Both the position numbers and the translations under genes were made by a program. Below the pieces are notes generated by a model. It did not search any database. It had not been told where the DNA came from and saw nothing but the letters and a program-made list of their open reading frames with translations. A stretch of 62,848 nucleotides of DNA, filler included, from Nemertoderma westbladi (Eukaryota > Animalia > Xenacoelomorpha): the NCBI GenBank assembly GCA_032718475.1. It is 3 parts of 3 records of this genome, joined end to end, with 100 filler letters (N's around TTAATTAATTAA, not from the genome) between each part and the next. Parts side by side here need not be neighbours in the genome. Positions count along the whole stretch, not along the records: positions 1 to 26,069 come from JAUCBJ010007927.1; positions 26,170 to 50,843 come from JAUCBJ010007010.1; 1 more part is not named here. One strand, 5' to 3'. The first letter of the stretch is position 1, and each line of letters begins with the position of its first letter. Shown piece by piece: positions 13,701-27,119 of the stretch.

Positions 13701-15682
13701 GGACATATACAACCTATTTGGGACAAATTTAAATTAAAGCTAGGATAGTGAATTCTATATTCTTTTGAGTATTCCATTACATTTCGAAACTATTTGAAAT
13801 CATTATAAGCACTTCACACCCTATACGGGACACAAAAACCCTATATGGGACACAAACAACCTATTTGGGACAAATTTAAATTAAAGCTATGATAGTGGAT
13901 TCTATTTTCTTTTGAGTATTTCCATTACATTTCGAAACTATTTGAAATCATTATAAGCACTTCACACCCTATACGGTACACAAACACCCTATATGGGACA
14001 CAAACAACCTATTTGGGACAAATTTAAATTAAAGCTATGATAGTAAATTATATTTTCTTTTGAGTATTCCATTATATTTATAAACTATGTAATATCATTT
14101 TGAGAAAGTCACACGCTATTTGGGACACAAACACCCTATATGGGATAAAAACACCCTATATGGGACACAAACAACCTATTTGGGACAAATTTAAATTAAA
14201 GCTATGATAGTGGATTCTATTTTCTTTTTGAGTATTTCCATTATAGTTATAAACTATGTAAAATCATTTTGAGAAAGTCATACGCTATTTGGCACAAAAA
14301 CACCCTATATGGGACAAAAACAACCTATTTGGGACAAATTTAAATTAAAGCTATGACATTGAATTATATTTTCTTTTGAGTATTCCATTATATTTATTAA
14401 CTATGTAAAATCATTTTGAGAAAGTCACACGCTATTTGGGACACAAACACCTTATATTGGACACAAACACCCTATATGGGACATAAACAACCTATTTGGG
14501 ACAAATTTAAATTAAAGCTATGATAGTGAATTCTATATTCTTTTGAGTATTCCATTACATTTAGAAAATATTCGAAATCATTATACGCAATTCACACCCT
14601 ATACGGGACACAAACACCCTATTTGGGACAAAAACAACCTATTTGGGACAAATTGAAATTAAAGCTATGGTATTAAATTATATATTCTTTTGAGTATTCC
14701 ATGAGATTTAGAAATTATTTAAAATCATTTTGAGAAAGTGACACGCTATTTGGGACACAAACACCCTATATGGGACACAAACACCCTATATGGGACACAA
14801 ACAACCTATTTGGGACAAATTTAAATGAAAGCTATGATAGTGAATTCTATATTCTTTTGAGTATTCCATTACATTTCGAAACTATTTGAAATCATTATAA
14901 GTACTTCACACCCTATACGTTACACAAACACCCTATATGGGACACAAACAACCTATTTGAGTCAAATTTAAGACTTATTAAGGACTATTTGGGATGAAGT
15001 TAAGTCTGGGGGAGGAGGTTGCGATATCACTAATTTGATTGTCATTTAATTATTATTATACGAATGTATTTAGATTTATTATATGTGAATAAATTGCACC
15101 ACATGAATAAATTGCACAATGAATATAAATTGCACAATGAATAAATTGCATAACATGAATAAATTGCACAATATGAATAAATTGCACAACATGAAATGAA
15201 ATAATGTACCTATGGTGACACTATAGCCTATAATGCATCACAGTCTTACAGGCCATTTGCAAGGCACCCACAGTATATCTTTGACCATAACTAGGGAACA
15301 TGTATTCCAAATGCAATTATTTAGAATGGGAATTTCCACTGTACATATACCTCAACCAGCTCTTGTCCCAAATACGTTGCTCTGTCCAGTATAGGTTGTT
15401 ATAATGAGCCCTGGATTCGTAGCTGACACTTGGATTATATATCAGTGGAATTTTCCATTAACCTTTACATTATATAGCCAATAAGGGAGATGCCTAACTT
15501 TAGGAATGTTGGTATTGGTCCGATGACGAGGAGTTGGCTCATATGATGATTTGATTGGATGCCCCTATATTGGACAGGTTGGAAATCATTATACAACGTA
15601 TTTGGGACAGGTAGGAATAATAAAAAGCCCCATAGAAGTGAAGGGAAACACCCTATTCTGGACAATGATGTAGACACTACTC
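10775..15682. mobile_element. 4.9-kb non-autonomous foldback DNA transposon (P/Galileo- or hAT-type ends) with 8-bp TSD CAAGCTTG
   Basis: 10775-~11500 is the reverse complement of ~14950-15682. Inner arms are ~120-140-bp tandem units that switch orientation at ~12870. TSD at 10767-10774 and 15683-15690; the uninterrupted RTE copy has a single CAAGCTTG. Confidence 0.9.
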
Positions 15683-16178
15683 CAAGCTTGGGGGAACCAA
15701 TGAGACACCTCCAATGTTATATAGTGTCTGGTTGGAGATGTGTGCATTGTACTTGACACAATGAACCCGGCGTAGCATTCTTGTGAATGTGCCATCCAGA
15801 GATTTGGTGTCCTCAGCAGTTAGAGCCCAGCATGGACTCCCATAGAGGAGTACTGGAACTACTGCTGCTCTAAATAATCGGACCTTAAGTTTCCGATTAA
15901 TTCTCGGTGAATTCCAAATCCTGGAAAACCTATTCAAGGGTGCCCATGCCTTTCCCAAACGTATTCGAAGGTCCTCACCTGACTTCCGGATCCATGATCC
16001 CAGGTAACAGAAGTCGTCCACATGCTCAAGCATACCATCCTTTGAGCTTATGCTCATCTTGCTGAGAACTTTCAAAGTTAACTGTCAAAATTTTGGTCTT
16101 TCTGGAGTTAATAAAAAGACCAACACTAGAAGCAGCATGTTCTAATGAGCTGAGGAGCCGTTGGGCTCCCTCTAGTGA
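15683..16178 (-). mobile_element. RTE LINE fragment (continuation of 10485-10774)
   Basis: ORF 15677-16075 matches the 22109-23302 protein (EHVDDFCYLGSWI, RLFRAAVVPVLLYGS). Confidence 0.9.
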
Positions 16179-16277
16179 TGTGGGATGGACTGTGGACTGC
16201 GTTGTTTTTTTACTGTAATAGTGCAGTAGTGTAATAAATAGTCTGATAGTTGCACTACCAGCCCATTCTGCTAAGTA

Positions 16278-16850
16278 GGGCATGTACGCCGAACGCGTTC
16301 GGCGCACAATTTTTTCCATAATTTGGAGCAGGCGCAGAAAATTGAGAGCGCAGCGCCGCGCAGCGCAGCGCAGCGCCGCGCGCAGGCGCAGAGAATTTAG
16401 AGCGCGGCGCGACAGGCGCAGGCGCAGAAAATTGATAGCACGGCTCAGACTTGCACTACAGCACTAAGTCAGTACCGGTAAGTAGACCTACCACCTACCC
16501 CTGGCTGTCTGCTGACTACCGGTAACAGGGTAATGCAGTAATGACAATACAGATAAGACTGTAAGAAATACTGAAATAATAAGCCTCCTACTTGCTACTT
16601 GGCTGCTTGGTGTGCTTTAGGCCAGTACAGCAGTACAGCAGTAGGCAGGCAGGTACGTGGTAGGAGATTTCGCGCAGTATTTCTGCTGTGCGCGCCAATC
16701 TCGCGCAGAATTTCTGCTGCGCGCGCCAATCTCGCGCAGTTTTTCTGCTGCGCACGCGGATTTTGCACTGTTTTCGACTGCGCAGGCGCACATTTTTTTC
16801 TGCGCCGCGTCGCGTTCGGCGCACAAAAAAATCACTTAGCATACGGGCTA
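16278..16850. repeat. GC-rich element with inverted blocks of GCGCAG/CTGCGC repeats (MITE-like)
   Basis: GCGCAGAAAATT-type units at 16330-16440 mirror TTTCTGCTGCGC units at 16670-16810; CGCGTTCGGCGCACAA occurs near both ends. Confidence 0.45.
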
Positions 16851-17075
16851 CCAGCCTACTGTCTGAATTTAAGACTGTACTGCTGTAAGCCTACTTTCAG
16901 ACTTTGTACAGGTTTATATAATTGTAACTAATATGACAATGAAACCTGACCGACTCATTCTTTCAAACAATTTTGTATCATAGTATATCTATAAACAGAT
17001 AAAATATAATCTTGACCAGTTGACCAAATGTGGCCCCATATAATTTATCTAATCATTTACCAACCAGGTCCAGAG

Positions 17076-17994
17076 CAGGGATGGCAAAAACCATGGTTTT
17101 TTGAAAAACATTTTTTGGTTTTGGTTTTATTGTTTGGTTTTTTATGGTTTTTTTCGGTTTTTTATGGTTTTTTATGGTTTTTCTGTGGTTTAATTAAATC
17201 CAATACAGCAATACATACAAATGAAGGGTCTACGTACAACAGTCTGACAGTACAACCCTTGCTGCCTTGCGCTTGCCCAATACAGCAATAGAACAAAATA
17301 CTGGAATAACTGAATAAAGCCACATACAGTATGCTGGTTTGAAGCGTTTCTTCTGCTGTTCTGTCCTTACAGCCTTACTCTCATCCAACCCATCAGCCCA
17401 TGTCAGCATGTGACAAAATACTAACAACATACAACGTAAAAATACATACCAACGTCCAGGTCCAGACGTCTGCACTGCTCCACTGCACGCCAGGCTGCAA
17501 ACCACCACTGAACCGCGCACAACGCCTGCACACAATTTTTCAGCTGCGCAGTATTGGACAATATACCGCGCATGCACCGAAAAAAACGCGCACACATCAT
17601 TTTAACAATCAGACAATGTAAACGAGAAACGTACGCCAGCGAAGCGAGCAAAACCTTTTCATTAACATTGCAAAATGAACAGATGAAAAAGAAACGCGAG
17701 CAAAACTCAAAGTGAGAGAAATTTGTTCATTCTACATGCTGACATGTACCTAACAGTGCAAAATGAAAAAGAAACGCGAGCAAAACTCAAAGTGTTCGAA
17801 ATTGTTTAATTCTAGAAACAGTGCAAAATGAAAAAGAAATGCGACTACCAGTCTGCTTTATTATTTACAGCGTTAATTGTAAAATTTTATGAAAAACCAT
17901 AAAAAAACAATTTTTTCGCCTTTTTTTAAAAGTTGGTTAAACCAAAAAACCATAAAAAACCAATGGTGAGAAAAACCATTGGTTGCCAACCCTG
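17076..17994. mobile_element. hAT-type MITE with 8-bp TSD GTCCAGAG
   Basis: TIRs CAGGGATGGCAA / TTGCCAACCCTG with GGTTTTT subterminal repeats; TSD at 17068-17075 and 17995-18002. Confidence 0.85.
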
Positions 17995-18002
17995 GTCCAG
18001 AG

Positions 18003-18195
18003 GTCAATCTAATCAATCAATACTGCAATAGGCCTATACAAATACAGAAATACTACAAAAACCTAGGGAAATACTACAAAAACCTAGCGAAAACCTTCAA
18101 AAACCGGCAAAAACCTTCCAAAAACCTACAAAAACCTTGCAAAAACCTAAAACCTAAAAATTTTTCTGAAAAACCTATGGTTTTTGCCAGCCCTG
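18003..18195. mobile_element. Right end of a second related hAT MITE (left end not found)
   Basis: AAAACC repeats ending in TTTTTGCCAGCCCTG, matching the TIR of 17076-17994; abuts RTE sequence. Confidence 0.55.
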
Positions 18196-18369
18196 GTTCT
18201 GTGTCACCATCAACAGTAGACACAAATGTTGTCGAACCATCGTATACTGATCTGATTGCTGCAATAATTTCATCAGGAATCCTATAGGCCTATAATGCAG
18301 TAGGCCTAATGAAAGTATGCTGAACATACGTGAGCGGGAGACTGAATCAAAGGCCTTGAAGAAGTCAAT
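18196..18369 (-). mobile_element. Short RTE RT fragment
   Basis: Matches 23072-23223 (DFFKAFDSVSRS region). Confidence 0.8.
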
Positions 18370-19375
18370 AAGAAATTCTATATAAGAAATTATCGGAAAA
18401 AGTAACGTTTTTAAAATGGCTATAGAAAGCGAACGCACAGATAGATAGTTTTTTTTCTAGTTTTCACAACAAACGCAGTATAGACTGATAGATTATCCTC
18501 CAATAACCAGGAATTCAAATATGCCGCTAAAATTTATTTCAAAAGATAATGAAGAAAATGTTCCGAAAAACGGCCAAAACTTCCTATATAGGAAGCAAGA
18601 TTTCCTACCTATATAGGAATACAAAAAAACTTCCTAAAACCCACACAATCGTTAATCGTAATCTAACTTAGATTACAAGTTTTTTGGAAGATACTATGAA
18701 GTTGGACATACATAATACTGTAATACTGTAATATGAAAGATTGTCGAAAAATATCAAAAGTATTCCCCTTGGGGTATTATTTTACCCCACGTTACCGGGG
18801 GAGGGTTAAGAAACCTACCCTAACTGCTGGTCGCAAAGCACTACCGGCACCGTTCACCTTAACGTTCTAAACATGTGAAACATCCTCGGTCTGTCGGTAA
18901 ATGGTAAATCCGCGCAACTATCAGACTATCGGCGGCATTTTAACCTTTCTTGATTTCATGAAACGTAACATGCAACCGTCAGACCGTACATAAAAGTCAG
19001 ATACCAGATATGAGATACGCTAGTTGCCAGTCAGCCAGTCTGCCCGTATGCTTACTTACCGGTACGTCGGGTTGGCCTATTGATACCAGTAACTGAGTAC
19101 GTACTGAGATATGATCATCGGAATACATGTGTTTTAAATGAATCGCTAATACTGTAATATATAATATACTGTACTGTAATACCGTACCGGTACTGCAGTA
19201 CTGTAATACAGTAATAGTCTGATAGTTTTGTGGTAATAGGCTGATAGGCCTACTAACTGTACTAATGGAAGTGACACTCTTCTTCAGGCTAACTCTGACT
19301 ACAGACTAATACAGACTAACTGAACGAAAGACTAAATCATGTAAACCGTCAAACTACCTACGCCTATTTCAGTAC

Positions 19376-19973
19376 GGGATACATGACCGAACTTAATCAG
19401 GATCGAATGTAACATAGTTATTATCGAACGTAACCGCATTTATGTTACATTGGATCCTATAACTATGTTACATTCGATCTACAAATTACTAAGCCCGAAT
19501 GTAACATGGCCATTTGAAGGAGCACGTTACATAGCAGCAGAGGTGTGTTGTGGGAACCAAAACAATAAACGAAAGTTAACACATGTTACAAGATTTTTGA
19601 GGTTAAGTTTAGCCTACTTTTATTTAAAGGAGCAGGTTACAGAAGCGTGTTGGTGGAACCAAAACAATAAACGAAAGTTAATACATTACAAGATGATGCA
19701 GGTTACTTAGTTACGTAATTCAGTAATTGGGTCTTGGGTCATCTTTGTTTTGTACTCACCAAACTGTTTCTTCCTGTATATAAACGAAGCATTTCTTCGG
19801 TTAACTCCTGAAATCAAAATACAACTGAAATAAATGTATGTTACATTTAGGGCTTAGTAATTTGTAGATCGAATGTAACATAGTTATAGGATCCAATGTA
19901 ACATAATTGAGGTTACGTTCGATTCGTAAAAACTATGTTACGTTCGATCCTGATTACGTTCGGTCTGTCACCC
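19376..19973. mobile_element. MITE with ~130-bp TIRs, GGG...CCC ends and an imperfect 8-bp TSD (TTCAGTAC/TTCAGTAT); Merlin-like ends
   Basis: 19385-19506 is the reverse complement of ~19838-19968; internal direct repeat GGAACCAAAACAATAAACGAAAGTTAA. Confidence 0.65.
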
Positions 19974-20717
19974 TTCAGTATCTAACCTCCATTTTCACGT
20001 TCATACCGTCTGACTGTATCTGCCAGCCAACTGTTGAACTGCTCAAAATGAGCTGTAGAGTTCTGTCTGGTAAGGATGGGGGAAAATACAAACTTAGAAT
20101 TCTGAAAGGTCTGAATTACATGAGACTAAATACTGGGAGGGAGCATCTAAACTCAGCCAATAAAAAGCCTTCAAACTAAAGTTCTACTTTGATACATCAT
20201 TGTGCCAAGACAAATGACAAATGCTCCATCAATAGATCTTAAATATAATAATATGTTTGCCATGCCATCCCGCAATGTTGGGAGGCGGAGGGTGTAGCTT
20301 TAGCTCACCTAATTCACAATCAGTGTGACTGATAAAAACCAAGCCTCACCCCGCAGACATCCGATTTCATGTACACTGAAGGAACTACAAACCTGTGCAA
20401 GATATCCTCAATCGCAGGTCGCGGCTCTTGGTATCAACAAAATATGGAATATACATAGGCCTAGGCCTATACATGAGGCACATCTGACTGTTTGTTTGCG
20501 CATTTGATAAAAAAGATGTTCTTAATCTCAATTTTCATATATTTTGACTCCTTCCGATTATTTAATAAACCATGCAAGAATGAAGGCAAAAGGTCCGGTC
20601 TGATACTCTGAACGGGAATGGCACTAGTGTACCTTTAATGAAGGCCACTCTAGTGTATCTGTTTATTTCCCATTTTTTCCCACGATGTATTGATTTCTGG
20701 TAATCTCTGGAAATGGA

Positions 20718-21235
20718 TTGTTTTCGGCTGGAACCCAGTTCAAGAAGCGAACTGGAAAGCTATGGACTCATAGTGGACCCAGTGGTCACAAGTCCCAGAT
20801 AGACCATATTCTGTTTCGTAGGAAATACAGGAGCTCTATACAAGACTGTAATGCATTTACACTTCGACCCTTCTCCAGTGATCACCGCCTTATTGTGGCC
20901 AAGGTAAGACTTAGTCTGCGTGCTAGCAGAACAACGAAATATGCCTTGCCGCGGCATGACTGGTCCTCTCTGTTGCAACAGCCAAGTGTGAGATCCAGCT
21001 TCACACTACAGCTGAGCAACAGGTATGAGGCTCTTGCCTCTGAGGCGGCAGATCACTGTGAGGGCTATACTGCCTTCACAGAAGCAGTTAAGTTAGCAGC
21101 TGCAGAAACAGTTCATGTATAACCTCGAAACAGGTAAAGGGCCCCCTGGACTGACAACAAAATCCAGAAGTGCCGGAATGACCTATATAAGGCGCAGAAG
21201 GAGTCCCAACTCAAACAGACTACAGAGGCCATGCA
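20718..21235 (+). mobile_element. LINE fragment: C-terminal part of the AP endonuclease domain plus linker (RTE-like)
   Basis: Motifs WTH...SQIDHIL and SDHRLIVAKVRL, followed by LSNRYEAL. Confidence 0.8.
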
Positions 21236-21340
21236 CCTGTACATCATTATGACTTATCTAAATTACTTTATACTGTATAATGGGCTGTTCAGTACAGAGC
21301 GCCATATATCGTAACACAGCCAACTAGAGTAATATACCGA

Positions 21341-24300
21341 ATGCGAACCCACCAACCACCGTATCCCGATGACAGCTATTCATCCAGTGATACGGAGTTG
21401 ATGGAACAAGAAATATTCTGTACTGGAGCAGCAGGTGATTACAAGCGGGAGGAAAAATCGACGAACCCATACATTGACAATCCTCCACGAGAAACACCCG
21501 TGCAGAAACCCATGTCACAACCAGCAGAGACGATTAGCGCCAAACAACTCACTGAGATAATGCGACCTGTAGCAGACCAGTGGCTCAACTCAAGGAGCGG
21601 CTCGAAGCACCGTCGTCGGATGGATCACGAACCAGCATGGAGTTAGAATGACCCCAATCTCGACCACAGAGACCTCCCTATCGAGAGTCGGAAGCACGGC
21701 AGGACGATCCACGTCGGAAGCACGATCCATATCGACAAACAACACGCAGACAAGAACGATTGAACACTATAGCCGGACAAGGATGCGAACTGCTGGTTCT
21801 AGTTGACGAGATCGCTAAATTTGCGACCAGACACAGATTACCGGCACAACAACCGGCAAAGTTCTTTGGCAACGTGAAACACTGGCGTACACTGGTAGAC
21901 TACGTAGAGTCCCAGGTCGCTATGTGTGCTTTCACCTCAATGGAGAAGTTTATCTACCTGCTTCAGGTGTTATCGGGTGAACCAAAGAGGTTGGCGGAGG
22001 TACCTTTATCAGTGTTCCAGACGCCTTCGAGCTAGCGTACGACCGTCTATTTTCCATATACGGCGGTAATGTCTACTAGGATCAGCATGCTGCATTGCAA
22101 CTGCATTTTTAAGAATGCTGTGCCGGCTTGTCAACAAAATTGCACCGCCACAACTCCCTATCACCCATGACATTTGCTAGATCATCCGCATCTTTAAGGC
22201 CAGTGTCCTTTAAGATGCGTCTCAAAAAAGTTATGGGCTGTCCACCATGCTTATTCACTCCATGAGGCTGCCAAAGTACAAGATTATGCACTGGCTGGTC
22301 CTCATGGCGAAAGCAATGTCCTGCGAAGCGGAGGCGATTTTGTTCTAGTGTCAAGCTTGGGGGAACCAATGAGACACCTCCAATGTTATATAGTGTCTCG
22401 TTGGAGATGTGTGCATTGTACTTGACACAATGAACCCGGCGTAGCATTCTTGTGAATGTGCCATCCAGAGATTTGGTGTCCTCAGCAGTTAGAGCCCAGC
22501 ATGGACTCCCGTAGAGGAGTACTGGAACTACTGCTGCTCTAAATAATCGGACATTAAGTTTCCGATTAATTCTCGGTGACTTCCAAATCCAGGAAAGCCT
22601 ATTCAAGGCTGCCCATGCCTTTCCCTTACGTATTCGAAGGTCCTCACCTGACTTCCGGATCCATGATCCCAGGTAACAGAAGTCGTCCACATGCTCAAGC
22701 ATACCATCCTTTGAGCTTATGCTCATCCGATCAGAGACTTGCTGAGGACTTTCAAAGTTAACTGTCAGAATTTTGGTCTTTCTGGAGTTAATAAAAAGAC
22801 CAACACTAGAAGCAGCATGTTCTAATGAGCTGAGGAGCCGTTGGGCTCCCTCTAATGATTCTGAGAGTACTCCTAAGTCATCAGCAAAGTCTAGATCAGT
22901 TAGGTACTTGGCAGGATTTCCTCGACTTCTGGAGCCAGTAGGTGGAGTTATCATCACCCCATCATCATTATAATGATCTAAGGACATGCGTAGAACAGAG
23001 TCAACCATAATAATGAACAAGAATGGTGCAAGTGTGTCTCCTTGGAGGACGCCCCATAACACTTCAAATGGTTCTGTGTCACCATCAACAGTAGACACAA
23101 ATGATGTCGAACCATCGTATACTGATCTGATTGCTGCAATAATTTCATCAGGAATCCCATATAATGAAAGTATGCTGAACATAGTTGAGCGAGAGACTGA
23201 ATCAAAGGCCTTGAAGAAGTCAACAAAGATAACAGCCAGATGCCTGTCGTTCTTTTTTGATAACTCTTCAATTATCCTTCTAAGTGCCAAAATGGGTTCC
23301 ATGGTCCCACGGTAATGTCGCTATGGCCAAATCCAAGAAGACCTCTGTAGAGGCGGACCTATTTTGCATCCTATCGATCTTCTACGATTGACGGATGAAA
23401 TTAAAAATGCTATAGGGACTTTCCAGTCCATCGGTCAACTCGAGTATGCCAATGCGCCGACGGTTCGAATCAGGATTATTGGCCGACTCCACCATTAGTT
23501 GCACCATGAATGGTGCAGGATAGAGTACCAGCGCAAAGAGGCTGGTGGACTATTGAAACTAACAGATGTCTACCAATTGATCTCATGGGAGGCCAAAGTA
23601 GAGACACGGTCAAACTACACCGACCATCACATAACAGCGGAAGGGATCACCATAGTGGCACCGAACCAGACCAAACAATTTCCGACGAACGCGAAAGCCA
23701 TAACTTATGCTACACCAACGGATACCTTCAAAGTTCTGATACCTATTGGCACTAAACAGCAGTGACAGCAGCTGTCCGCAGATTTTGTGGATGTCAGTTC
23801 TGCGAACGGAACGGTGGACGATACAACGGACATAAGTTATGCAGATGTCGCGCCTTTAAGTATCTGGGAGTGGAGGAGAGAAGGCTCAAGATCCGTCTGT
23901 TGGATTCTTGTAGTAGATGTACCATGCCTGGGCACATCTGGAAGGACTGTCTGGGCGACAACACTTGTCCTCTGTACAGACGCAACCAGGACGTGTTGCT
24001 CCACATGACTAGCCATACTCCAACTAAGCCTTTTCGACGAGAACATCCCGATAAAGCGGCAAAATGGGACATGCTTTATAAAGAGCGCGCGCCGCAAGAA
24101 GTCCGTACCTTCTACATGGACTATGTAGACCAATCAGGATCATCGGATGAGGACGACTCAGAGGATGAAACCTTCTGCGTGCATGCGGGTGAGGGGGAGC
24201 AGCCATCTATAACTCTCCTTACGCAGAATCAGCTGAAAGGGTTCAGCATGATTCCCATCAAAATCACCGGAACCCGAGGGAGCAAGTGTATATACGCTAT

Positions 24301-25764
24301 CTTGGACTCTGTGTCTTCGCACAGTTACATTGACGAACAGGTAGCCGACGTAGTAACCGACATGAGCCAAGGAAAGATTGCTCAGTATACTGTAAGCAGC
24401 ATGCATGGTAAGAGGGCGATACCTGTTACGAGGGTCAAGCTGACCCTGGATACCCTTCTTTCCAAAGCAGAGCATAGTAGAGAGGAACGTTCATTACTTC
24501 TGGTAAGAAACCTTACGTTCACTGCCACTAAGGACTTTAGTAATTTACTTGGTCGTGTGCCAGTGCAATCTCTGGAAGACCATAAGTATTTCCGACATCT
24601 TGGAATACCAGAATGTCCAGTTAACTATCGCTCGATCGCGATGTTGATTGGGACAGACCAGTTCAACTTGCATCAAGTATGGGAGACATGCCCATCTGTA
24701 GTAACAGCAGGCAATCCTTACGCTTGTAGAACTCCCATAGGTTGGTATACAAGAGCGCCTGTGCATTCACTAGAGGTAAGTGACCAGGAGGACGACGTTT
24801 TGAGTACGTGTGGTCTGTTAACTACTACGTTAGCAAATTCTCCTTCACATTCATGTGGTCCTACTGTACAGTCAGTACCACGACAGACTTAGGTCGCTAC
24901 AGACACCGACGTAACAGGATGACAAACCCTGAGGTAACAACAGATCAGACATACTACCTGCCCCATCATTTCGTACAGCATCCGGACAAACCTGGTAAGG
25001 TGCTTGTCGTTAATGACTACGACGTTCTTTACCAGGGGATGTCCTTGATCAGCGAATTGATGGACGGGCCAAATATGAACAATTACCTCATGGGAATCCT
25101 GATGCGTTTCAGACAACCCTATGCGGCCTTCACCTGTGATGTAGAGGCCATGTTTCACCAGGTTAAGGCTTTGGAGCGGGACAGGGACAGTTTGAGGTTC
25201 CTTTGGTACCCGGAGGGAAATTTGAACCTTCCGCCAGAAACCTACCAAATGCAGGTAAGAGTTTTCGGGGCCTGGGACAGCCCCAACTGCACCATGTACG
25301 CCCTAAAGCAGACAGCTTTAGACCAACATGACAAGTTAGACCCAGACGTGGTTCGGACAGTGGAGCGGGATTTCTACGTGGATTACGGCCTCAAGAGCTG
25401 CAACACTCTGGAGCGTGCTACAACCGTGGCACACCAACTCCAGGACTGTCTCGCCGAGGGCGGATTTCGCCTTACCAAATTCGCCTCCAATGACCCCGAC
25501 CTAGTAAATTCATTTGACCCTACTGATTGTAGCGGAGGTGACTTAGACTTGGACTTAGAACCTTTGCCTACAACCAAAGTCCTAGGACTCAGTTGGGACC
25601 CGAACACTGACAACTTTAGGGTGCACGTAAGAACCAATGACCAGACGAGACCGCTCACAAAGAGGACCTGCTTATCGACGATGAGACGTTTGTACAACAA
25701 TTGGATGAATGGCCGCCACTATTCGACACGACATCGAACACCATACTGGAAGGTGCAAAGATAA
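21341..25764 (+). mobile_element. Degenerate BEL/Pao LTR retrotransposon gag-pol, interrupted by an RTE and truncated before RNase H/integrase
   Basis: Gag region (PAKFFGNVKHW, KFIYLLQVLSGEPK); Cys/His knuckles CQFC..H..C and CSRC..GH..C; protease-like YAILDSVSSHSYI; RT motifs YYLPHH, LMRFR, DVEAMFHQV, LRFLW, FYVDY (degenerate YVDD), KVLGLSWD; several stops and frameshifts. Confidence 0.88.
22074..23309 (-). mobile_element. 5'-truncated RTE LINE with open RT ORF (22109-23302) and 10-bp TSD CGGTAATGTC
   Basis: RT motifs FVDFFKAFDSV, GVLQGDTLAPFLF, LDFADD, YLGS; TSD at 22064-22073 and 23310-23319. Confidence 0.93.
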
Positions 25765-26069
25765 AAATCAACACTGTAGTCAAGTCGAAAGCAAAGGCCA
25801 TCACCAAAGTCAAAAGGAAACAAGGACAAGTTAAGTCTAATAACCTGGACATTCAAACAGACATTACGCCAGATGTCTCACCAGACATTCTACCAGACGT
25901 TCCCACAAATCTTTTGCTGGATATTCCGCAGGGGATTTCACCAGATTATTCTCCGGATTCTTTGCCAGACTTTTTTCTTGATCTTTCGACCAATTTTTCT
26001 ACCGGACATCTCACCGGATTTTCCACCAGACATCTTGCCAGACCAGACCAGACATGGACCAAAGCAGTT

Positions 26070-26169
26070 NNNNNNNNNNNNNNNNNNNNNNNNNNNNNNN
26101 NNNNNNNNNNNNNTTAATTAATTAANNNNNNNNNNNNNNNNNNNNNNNNNNNNNNNNNNNNNNNNNNNN
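26070..26169. other. Scaffold gap (100 nt) with artificial TTAATTAATTAA linker
   Basis: N runs flank a 12-mer with stops in all six frames; identical layout at 50844-50943. Confidence 0.95.
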
Positions 26170-27063
26170 TGTTATGATTTTGAGACTTTGTTATCAGTGT
26201 TATAAGATCGTTCTGAGATAACAAAATGTTTTCTGCCTTTTTATAAGAACATTAGTAGGCTAAATTATAGAAAGCATAGCTATTATCAATTCAACAATAC
26301 AATTCAATTCAATTCTAATCCGTTCATATCTATTCAATGCAATCTAATTGTATCTTAACCTACCGTCATACTGCTTTTACTGTTTGTAATTTTGTATCAG
26401 TATAATTGGATGTTATTAGTTGAAGAATATCAATAATCAACCCACATTTTCCCAATATCCTTGATACACTACAGGTTAGAGAGAAAGGTTATGTACAACA
26501 ATTGCGACTTTTATTATTGTGTTTGTAGTGAATCTAATGTTGTTTGACAGACACTACATGAGTCCGGTGCATATCTCTTTATACCTGATCAAAGTCAGTA
26601 ACTGTCGGCATATCAGTGAGCAGTATTGTGCGTTACCGGTAGCGTGCGTGATTGTAACGTGATTGGATCTGATAATAAAGCATTTCCTAAAGAATGCGCC
26701 CTATGCTTGAAATTTAAGCCATATCGTTGTGCGTAGTATCAGTCATAACTCTGTTTACATAGGTAGAGCGCCACGTCCTAAAAGGAACTGCTAATATTTC
26801 CCGAAAGTGAATAATATTTGTCAGAGATTATATATTAGTAATCAATCGAATAATACAGTAGGCTTGACCGCAAATAAATTTAAGCCCACGAATCCAGTCT
26901 CCCGGGGTTATCGGGTCATTTGGACGCGCATGGACTGGCTTCGGCTAATGTTTTTGGTTTGTTTTTTATATTAAATCTTGTCATCTTATAAAAGGCAGTT
27001 TATCAATAAAGACATATAAATTTCGGCAGGTTAAACTGCTGAAGGTCTACAAAAGCGCGTACA
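26170..27063 (+). mobile_element. LTR, 3' part (5' part lost in the gap); same family as 2851-4058 and 29092-30322
   Basis: Ends GGTCTACAAAAGCGCGTACA; highly similar to the reverse complement of 29092-29900. Confidence 0.8.
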
Positions 27064-27119
27064 ATCGTACTGTATGTACAAAGGGTCAAATAGAGAGAGC
27101 TTAAATAATAATAATAATA

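Noticed and set aside
11500-14960. Regularly spaced repeats resembling a CRISPR array
   Set aside because: Intervening segments are themselves repeated (no unique spacers), there are no cas genes, the context is eukaryotic, and the array lies inside foldback arms.
16282-16931. Arg/Ala-rich overlapping ORFs
   Set aside because: Products of GC-rich short repeats on both strands, with no domain signal.
25701-26069. ORF with PDxx repeats
   Set aside because: Low-complexity ~12-bp repeat running into the gap; cannot be supported as a gene.
26114-26125. TTAATTAATTAA motif inside N runs (also 50888-50899)
   Set aside because: Artificial scaffolding linker; adjacency across these gaps is unverified.
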